Origin: Octopus vulgaris
Taxonomy: Eukaryota
DNA: 64,000 bases
Direction: 5' to 3'
NCBI GenBank assembly: GCA_951406725.2
Contig: OX597840.1
Location: 12,400,001-12,464,000, forward strand
Made by a program: the position numbers and the translations under genes. The notes below the pieces were generated by a model. It saw only the letters and a program-made list of their open reading frames with translations. It had not been told where the DNA came from and did no database searches. Shown piece after piece: positions 55,814 to 64,000 of the stretch; position 1 is the stretch's first letter, and every line of letters begins with the position of its first letter.

Positions 55814-56625
55814 CAGTTCTATATTTAAGAGACAAGAAACTATGTACATTATTTACATTATTTATATTTGTCCTCATCTTGTTTGTTGTTAACACAACGT
55901 TTCGGCTGATATACCCTTCATCAGTTGCTTTGGGGATATTTTGAACTTGGGTTCTCATTCCTAAGGTATTTTTTTTTTATGTTGTTATTATTATTAAGGT
56001 CACTGCCTGGAATCGAACTCAGAATCTTGGGGTTAGTAGCCCATGCTCTTACCACTACGCCATATGCCCACAGGCATTTTGCGTAGTGGGTAAGAGCACA
56101 GGCTACTAACCCCAAGGGCATATGGTGTAGTGGTTAAGAGCTACTAACCCCAAGGGCATATGGTGTAGTGGTTAAAAGCTAGTAACCCCAAGGGCATATA
56201 GCGTAGTAGTTAAGAGCTACTAACCCCAAGGGCATATGGTGTAGTGGTTTAGAGCTACTAACCCCAAGGGCATATAGCGTAGTAGTTAAGAGCTACTAAC
56301 CCCAAGGGCATATGGAATAGTGGTTAAGAGCTAGTAACCCCAAGGGCATATGGTGTAGTGGTTAAGAGTAAGTAACCCCAAGGGAATATGGCGTAGTGGT
56401 TAAGAGCACAGGCTTCTAACCCCAAGATTCCAAGTTCGATTCTAGGCAGTGACCTTAATAATAATAATAACAACATAAAAAAAAAATACCTTAGGAATGA
56501 GAACCCAGGTTCAAAATTTCCGCAAGACACCTGATGAAGGCTGGAGGGTATATCAGCCAAAATGTGTTAACAACAAACAAGATGAGGACAAATATCCATC
56601 AAATATAAATAATGTAAATAATGTA
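55814..56625. mobile_element. Palindromic element: two divergent tRNA-like heads, each followed by (AAT)n and a minimal HHR
   Basis: About 55840-56070 is the reverse complement of 56382-56625. A box TGGCGTAGTGG, B box GTTCGATTC, GACAC-CTGATGA-A-GGCTG..CAGCC at 56526-56558, and CCGAAACGTTGTGTT on the minus arm. Confidence 0.7.
56116..56381 (+). repeat. Seven tandem 38-bp units derived from the 5' half of the tRNA-like head
   Basis: GGGCATATGGTGTAGTGGTTAAGAGCTACTAACCCCAA repeated with period 38. Confidence 0.9.
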
Positions 56626-56639
56626 AAGAAAAAGAAATT

Positions 56640-57890
56640 AGTGATAAAATAATGTAGTCCTAGATGCATTGTGTCTAAAATATGATGGAAGGTCACAGCT
56701 GGAGTGTCTTGCATCAAGCATGACCAGCCATTAATGAATAAAGAACAGGTATACATTAGATGATATAGTTCTAGATCCACTGTGTCTAAAATAAGATGTC
56801 ATGAATGGAATGAATACCTGTAATCATAGATTTGCTGGATCAAGCAATAACAACTGCGACAGATTTGATAAGGTAGTCCTAGGTAGACTGTCCCTTTTAC
56901 TGTTTTACTTGCTTCAGTCATTTCACTGTGGCCATGCTGGAACACTGCCTTTAGTCGAACAAATCGACCCCAGGACTTATTCTTTGTAAGCTTAGAACTT
57001 ATTCTATCAGTCTCTTTTGCTGAACTGCTAAGTTACGGGGACGTAAACACACCAGCATTGGTTGTCAAGCAATGTTGGGGGAGGGGGCAAACACAGACAC
57101 ACAAATACAGACGCATATATACACATACATTCATATGACAGGCTTCTTTCAGTTTCCATCTACCAAATCCATTCACAAGGCTTTGGTCGACCTCAGGCTA
57201 TAGTAGAAGACACTTGCCCAAGGTGCCACGCAGTGGGACTGAACCCGGAACCATGTGGTTGGTAAGCAAGCTACTTACCACATAGCCACTCCTGTGCCTA
57301 TAAAAAAAAATGGATGGTTAGTCACATCAGGAGTGCCTTTGGTCATAGCTTGACTGAATCAAGACTGGTCTGGCACTAGATGACAGAATATTGTGAAACA
57401 TTAGATGATGTAGTCTTAGGTACACTGTGGCTGAAAAAATAATGATTGATAGTCACACCTGGAGTGTCTTTGCTCTGAGGCAGTAAAACAGCAACAAGGA
57501 GTGATGCATTACTTGATATAGTCCTAGATATATTGTGTCTGAAAACCAGTTGGGTGGTCACAGCTGGAATGCCTTTGATCAGGGATGACCTGGCACTAAA
57601 CAAAAAACTGTGACACATTAGAAAATGTAGTTCTAGATATACTGTATCTCAAATCAAGATGGATGGTCACAACAGGAGTGCCTTTGACTGAGGGTCTGCA
57701 TTATCAAGGATGACCTGGTACTAAATTGCTGAATAACCCTAACCCTAAATAACAAGAGTGAAACATTATATGATGTAGTCCTAGATACACTAGGGCTGAA
57801 AAAAATGATGGATGGTCACAGCTGGAGTGTCTTTGTCCATAAGTGTCTGCTATATCAGAATGACCTGATGCAATAACAAAAAAGGGAGAG

Positions 57891-57948
<58 letters not shown>

Positions 57949-57995
57949 AACACATCGGATAATGTAATCCTAGATACACAAAGTCTGAAATAACG
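56640..57995 (+). repeat. Diverged tandem repeats of about 110-145 bp interrupted by a SINE
   Basis: Recurrent GTAGTCCTAGATACACTG..GATGGTCACAGCTGGAGTGTCTT..GACCTGGCACTA. Confidence 0.7.
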
Positions 57996-59545
57996 ATATG
58001 GAACAATTATGGCTGGTGTGCTGCAACACTTTGATACTGGACCAAAGAAATCAATATGGACCAGATCAATATATTGGCAATATTGCTGAATGAAATTATT
58101 CTATAAAAGAATTAAGTGTAGTTTGGTTGGTTTCTTTGGCGCTTAAGACAGTATTCTGTTAATCTCTGCATAGGTACAAGCTTGGCTGTGTGGTTAAGAA
58201 GTTGGCTCTGCAATCTCTTGGTTTTGGGTTCAATTCCACAGCAGACTACATGGCACGTCTGGGGCAGGTGTCTTTTATTATAGCATTGAGCTGATCAAAG
58301 TACTGTGAATAGATTCGGTTGATGGAAACTGGAGAGAATCCTGTTGTATGTATTCTGTTATTTTTTTTATTTGTTTCAGTTGTTTGTCTGCGACCATGCT
58401 GGAGCAACACCTTTAGTCAAAGAAATCGACCCCATGGGTTATTCTTTGTAAGCCTAGTACTTATTCTATCGGTCTGTTTTGGTGAACCACGAAGTTACAG
58501 GGACATAAACACACCAACATTGGTGTCAAGCAATGGTGGGGGAACAAACACTGACACACAAACATGCACACACATACACACACACATATATATGACGGGC
58601 TTCTTTCACTTTCCGTTTACCAGATCCACTCATGTGGCTTTGGTTGGCCATATTCTGTCATCTAGTGCCAGACCAGTCTTGATTCAGTCAAGCTATGACC
58701 AAAGGCACTCCTGATGTGACTAACCATCCATTTTTTTTATAAGGTGCCACACAGTGAGACTGAACCTGGAATCATGTGGTTGGAAGTAAGCTTCTTACCA
58801 CACAGCCACGCCTGCATCTATATGTGTATATATATCTTCTATCTTTATCTTCTTTTTTACACTTGCTTCAGTCATTAGACTGCGGCCATGCTGGGGCATT
58901 GCCTTGAAGGGTTTATAGACAAATGGATTGATCACAGTTCTTACTTTTTAAAGTCAGCTACTTATTCTATTGGGTTTTTTTGCTGAGCTGCTAAGTTACG
59001 GGGACATAAACACACCAACACCAATTATCAAGGCAAGTGGCTGAGTACTCCACAAATATGCTTACCTTCAATGTAGTTCTCAGGGAGATTTAGTGTGACA
59101 CAGAGTGTGACAAGACTGACCCCTTTGAATTACAAGTACTACTCATTTTCACAAAGTGTGTGGACTGGAACAACATGAAATAAAGTGTCTTGCTCAAGGA
59201 CACAACACACTACTGGGAATCGAACTCACAGGCTTATGATCATGGAGTTGAATACCCTAATCAGAAAGCTGTGTGCCTTCACAGATAATTTTCTTCAACT
59301 CACATTTCCATCTTGATAAAGAAATATAAAGGACACCTTGGTTATTGAAGTCCTTGATAATACGCAAACAGGCAAGATGCTCATGGACAGAATATCTTTG
59401 ATTTGAAGTGTGTTAGATGAGAGTCAGCCTACAGCACAACAGCAAGAATGATGTTTGACCTGCTAAAAACGGCAGCCAAATCTACCCCAAATTGTAGACA
59501 TTGCTGTCTTTCAAATACATAGGACACATATATATTTCCTTTGAC

Positions 59546-59747
59546 CAGTGGTTTTCAACCAGGGTTCCGCCAGTACAGTCCAGGGGTTCCGCAAGAAGTT
59601 ACAAAAATGCTAAAATCAACAGTCATTTTTAATTCTCCTGTGCAGATATGTGTGCATAAGACTATTAAATTTATTGCACAGGGGTTCCTCGAGCCAGTGG
59701 AATGATTCCTTGGGGTTCCGCTCCAGCAAAAATGTTGAAAAGCACTG
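59546..59747. mobile_element. hAT-type MITE
   Basis: TIRs CAGTGGTTTTCAAC / GTTGAAAAGCACTG; 8-bp TSD CCTTTGAC / CCTTAGAC. Confidence 0.8.
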
Positions 59748-60208
59748 CCTTAGACACACATTAAACCAACAAGATAGTCATGGTTGGAACGCCTTTAATT
59801 CACAAGTCAGCTTAGTCATTGCTGATCTAGGGTGGGACAGGCCACATAAACATGTTAAGGTCATTCGGTCCAACTCATTACAAAAATTCTGACCTAAAAT
59901 GTCTTTGGGAATCAATAGAGATAAAAATGAGAAACGAGTGTGTTTGATGTCTTATTGTTGCTGTTTGTTGGTTGTTGTATCAATAATAAAATAGGTACAT
60001 AAACAAATAAATAATTCATAAAACAACTAATATAAACATAAATATAAACATTATATTCAGGTTGATAACAGAGGACAATTTTTCTTTCGCTTTTATACAC
60101 ACACACACACACACACAACAACACATTATATATATACACACACACACTCATAAATATACATACATATTTATATATATATATATATGTGAGTGTGTGTGTA
60201 TGTATATG

Positions 60209-60257
<49 letters not shown>

Positions 60258-60344
60258 GCATATATAAATATATATATGTATATATATACACGCACACAAA
60301 CATACACACATATACATATATTTATATGCACACATCTATATCTG

Positions 60345-60620
60345 CGATCTATCTATCTATCTGTCTATCTACCAGTCTATCTATCTATCTACCTATATAT
60401 CTATCTATCTATCTACCTACCTACCTACCTACCTACCTACCTATCTATCTATCTATCTATCTACCTACCTACCTATCTATCTATCTATCTATCTATCTAC
60501 CTATCTATCTATCTACCTACCTACCTACCTACCTACCTACTTATCTATCTATCTATCTATCTACCTACCTACCTACCTACCTACCTACCTATCTATCTAT
60601 CTATCTATCTACCTACCTAC

Positions 60621-60651
<31 letters not shown>

Positions 60652-60828
60652 CCTATCTATCTATCTATCTACTTACCTACCTACCTACCTACCTACCTAC
60701 TTACCTATCTATCTTTCTATCTATCTACCTACCTACCTACCTACCTACCTACCTACCTATCTACCTATCTATCTATCTATCTACCTACCTATCTATCTAC
60801 CTACCTACCTACCTACCTACCTACCTAC

Positions 60829-60862
<34 letters not shown>
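60345..60862. repeat. (TATC)n/(TACC)n compound microsatellite
   Basis: Read directly from the sequence. Confidence 0.95.
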
Positions 60863-60864
<2 letters not shown>

Positions 60865-61158
60865 ATATATATATATTTATCTGTATATATTATATATATG
60901 CTAACATGGAACCCAGATGTTAGATGATGATGTATATATATATATATTTTTACTTACATACACACACACGCACACATACCTGTCGTTCTTCCCCTCTTCA
61001 TCATTGTTTCTGTGTCTCTCTACATCTCCTTCTCCTTATATCCCACCTCACTAGATATTTTTCTCCCTATTTGTTTCTCCCTCTTGCTATCTTCCTCTCT
61101 CCCCCACCATTTCTGTCTATCTGTCTGTCTGTTTGCTTTTCTCTTTTTCTCTCTTTCT

Positions 61159-61237
<79 letters not shown>

Positions 61238-61416
61238 TGCCTTTATATAAATACACACCCCTTTCTTTCTCTTTCTCTCTTTCTCTTTCAAATCAGATTT
61301 CTGCCATCCTTAAAAATATTTCTTTTTGCTTTTATCTATGTCTCTCATTCACAAATGAATAATAAATCCATTAGTTTTCCAGTGTCATTGTGTGTGTTGT
61401 GTTGTGTGAGTATGTG

Positions 61417-61501
<85 letters not shown>

Positions 61502-61571
61502 CATATATAATAATAATAATAATAAGAAATTATTGTATACAGTGCTCAGGTGCACCACAACTTGTCAGAAA

Positions 61572-61622
<51 letters not shown>

Positions 61623-61648
61623 TATATACACACATATATATATATATA

Positions 61649-61700
<52 letters not shown>

Positions 61701-62228
61701 ATACTTATATAATATATATATATGTATATGTACACACATACACACACACACATATATATGTAATTAGGTACACACATACACACATGCACATATATGCCAA
61801 CATGGATATTAAATGGTAATCTATGCAGATATATAATGTATGTATATATGTGTGCTTGTATGCTTGTAAGTAAATATGAATGTGCGACCCCCCCCCCCCC
61901 ACACACACACACATACACACACATGCACACACATATGGACAGTAGGTGGGAGGTAAATATAGTAGTTCTCAGATGAATTTGAACTTGAGCTCTGAACTCT
62001 TCATCCAAGGCAAGGCCTGAATTGCCAAGAGTGGCTATAAGAGAAATCCAGAGTGAGCTGATACAGAGGTAGCAATGGAGACAAACACAGTTTGGCTTGA
62101 TATTCAAATGAACATACATACTACATCATATGTAAACAAACAAGTTTGTTTTTGAAGCACTGAAATGTATTGTAGTACAAGTAGAAAGATCTATTTTTTC
62201 CACAGGTAAGGACAGATAGAACGGCATA

Positions 62229-62925
62229 TCTATATATATAAAACTGTAGTTGTGTGAGTGTCTGTCCCCTTCGATTTAGATTCCTAACTACTCCCACATT
62301 TTGCGGTGCAGTTTAACCAAAACCGGGTATCTTATAGTCGTGATTCATATCGAGCCCTTCTGGGTATTAGCGCGCGTCTACGATGAGTCTACGATTTTAA
62401 AAATAATTTAACATCATTTTTTCCATTTTCATGCATAATTTTTTAAAGGGAAGTAACTCTCTAAAAATGTCTACGATGAGTCAACGATTTTAAAAAAATT
62501 TACCATCATATTTTTTCCATTTTTAATGCATTTTTTGCTATTTTTTGGCTATAACTCTCTAAAAATGCTGTATAGTTATTTCCCTTACAAACCCGAGCAA
62601 CGCCAGGCGATACTGCTAGTCTTTATATATAAAACTAAAGTTGTGTGTGTGTGTGTCTGTCTACTCCGATTTAGATTCCTAACTACTCCCACATTTTGCG
62701 GTGCAGTTTAACCAAAAGCGGGTATCTTATAGTTGTGATTCATATCGAGCTCTTCTGGGTATTAGCGCACATCTACGATGAATCTACAATTTAAAAAAAA
62801 ACTTACCATCATTTTTCCGCATTTTTAATGATTTTTGCTCGGGTTATATAAGGGAAGTAACTCTCTAAAATGCTTATATAGTTATTTCCCTTATAAACCC
62901 GAGCAACGCCGGGCGATACTGCAAG
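62229..62925 (+). mobile_element. Two head-to-tail non-autonomous Helitrons (62229-62619 and 62620-62925)
   Basis: 5' TC, 3' hairpin CCCGAGCAACGCCGGG then CTAG/CAAG, inserted between A and T with no TSD. Confidence 0.8.
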
Positions 62926-63249
62926 TACAGGATAAAATCCTTACAGAGCAGAAAAATCTCGTATCATGCATCCATTACATTCTTGGAGTGGTTGGCGTTA
63001 GGAAGGGCATCTAGCCATAGAAACCATGGCAAATCAGCCTGAAATCTGGTGCAGCCTTCCAGCTTGCCAGCCTTGGTCAAACTGTCCAACCCATGCCAGC
63101 ATAGACAACAGACATTAAATGATGATGATGATGATGATGATGATATGTCTAAATAAATCTGTCCCAGCTTGATGCAATTTAAGTTCCAATCCCACCTTGT
63201 CTCTAGAAAATGGTGATGCTTCTGTTGATGTTTTTGAATTTTAGTCAAA

Positions 63250-63420
63250 GGCACAGGAGTGGCTGTGTGGTAAGTAGCTTGCTTACCAACCACATGGTTT
63301 CGGGTTCAGTCCCACTGCCTGGCATCTTAGGCAAGTGTCTTCTACTATAGCCTCGGGCCGACCAAAGCCTTGTGAGTGGATTTGGTAGACGGAAACTGAA
63401 AGAAGCCTGTCGTATATATG

Positions 63421-63477
<57 letters not shown>

Positions 63478-63675
63478 TTGTGTGTCTGTGTTTGTCCCCC
63501 TAACATTGCTTGACAACCGATACTGGTGTGTTTACGTCCCCGTAACTTAGCGGTTCGGTAAGAGAGACTGATGGAATAAGTACTAGGCTTACAAAGAATA
63601 AGTCGTGGGGTCGATTTGCTCGACTAAAGGCGGTGCTCCAGCATGGCTGCAGTCAAATGACTGAAACAAGTGAAA
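63250..63675 (+). mobile_element. tRNA-headed SINE family A, representative copy (at least 20 copies or fragments in the window)
   Basis: A box TGGCTGTGTGG, B box GGTTCAGTCC, internal (TA)/(TG) tract, AGTAAAAG tail. Other copies include 724-1050, 5581-6010, 13722-14141, 25571-25940, 30153-30561, 35756-36162, 37884-38310, 42329-42695, 54330-54627 and 56895-57299. Confidence 0.9.
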
Positions 63676-64000
63676 AAAAAAAATTATTTGACCCTTGAAC
63701 TTATTTTTTGAAAAGTTCGATACTTATTCCATCAGTCCTCATTTGCTAAACTGCTAAGTTAGAGAACGTTAACACGCCAACAACAGATGTCAATCGGTGG
63801 TGGCAGTGTCAGGAATTTCGGAAAGCTAATGGAGAACATAGTTTCCCTGTGGCTTGACTGAAGAATATGCCACAGCCAATACCACCATGACCACCAGCAC
63901 TGCTACTGCCGCTGCCACTGATGCCACTGCTGGCATCACAATGACAACAAAGATGACCACCACCACAAACAACGCCACCCCCATTATCATGATCTCCATC

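Noticed and set aside
56116-56381. CRISPR-like array
   Set aside because: Contiguous units with no unique spacers, no cas genes and a eukaryotic context.
60062-60923. 280-aa and 245-aa YLSI/YLPT ORFs
   Set aside because: Translations of tetranucleotide repeats.

Overview
AT-rich, microsatellite-saturated eukaryotic DNA with no recognisable intact host gene. The repeat repertoire (tRNA-headed SINEs, RTE tails, Tc1/mariner and Helitron fossils, Penelope remnants) looks like a cephalopod (Octopus-like) intron or intergenic region; that assignment is my inference. Nearly all listed ORFs are translations of microsatellites or SINEs. The standout is 20297-22087: five almost identical 359-bp units inside a (TA)n tract, three in one orientation and two inverted. 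Each unit carries a type I hammerhead ribozyme (HHR) fold with a non-canonical CCGAUGA core, which makes it a very young retrozyme-like (circular RNA) insertion. Its geometry suggests two rolling-circle cDNAs primed from both ends of one break. The window also holds several other HHR-bearing families, including a palindromic tRNA-head plus HHR element at two loci, a Penelope RT/GIY-YIG fossil that could represent the mobilising family, one tRNA-Gly(TCC) gene or pseudogene, and several local tandem and inverted duplications. All RNA folds were worked out by eye and coordinates were counted by hand.
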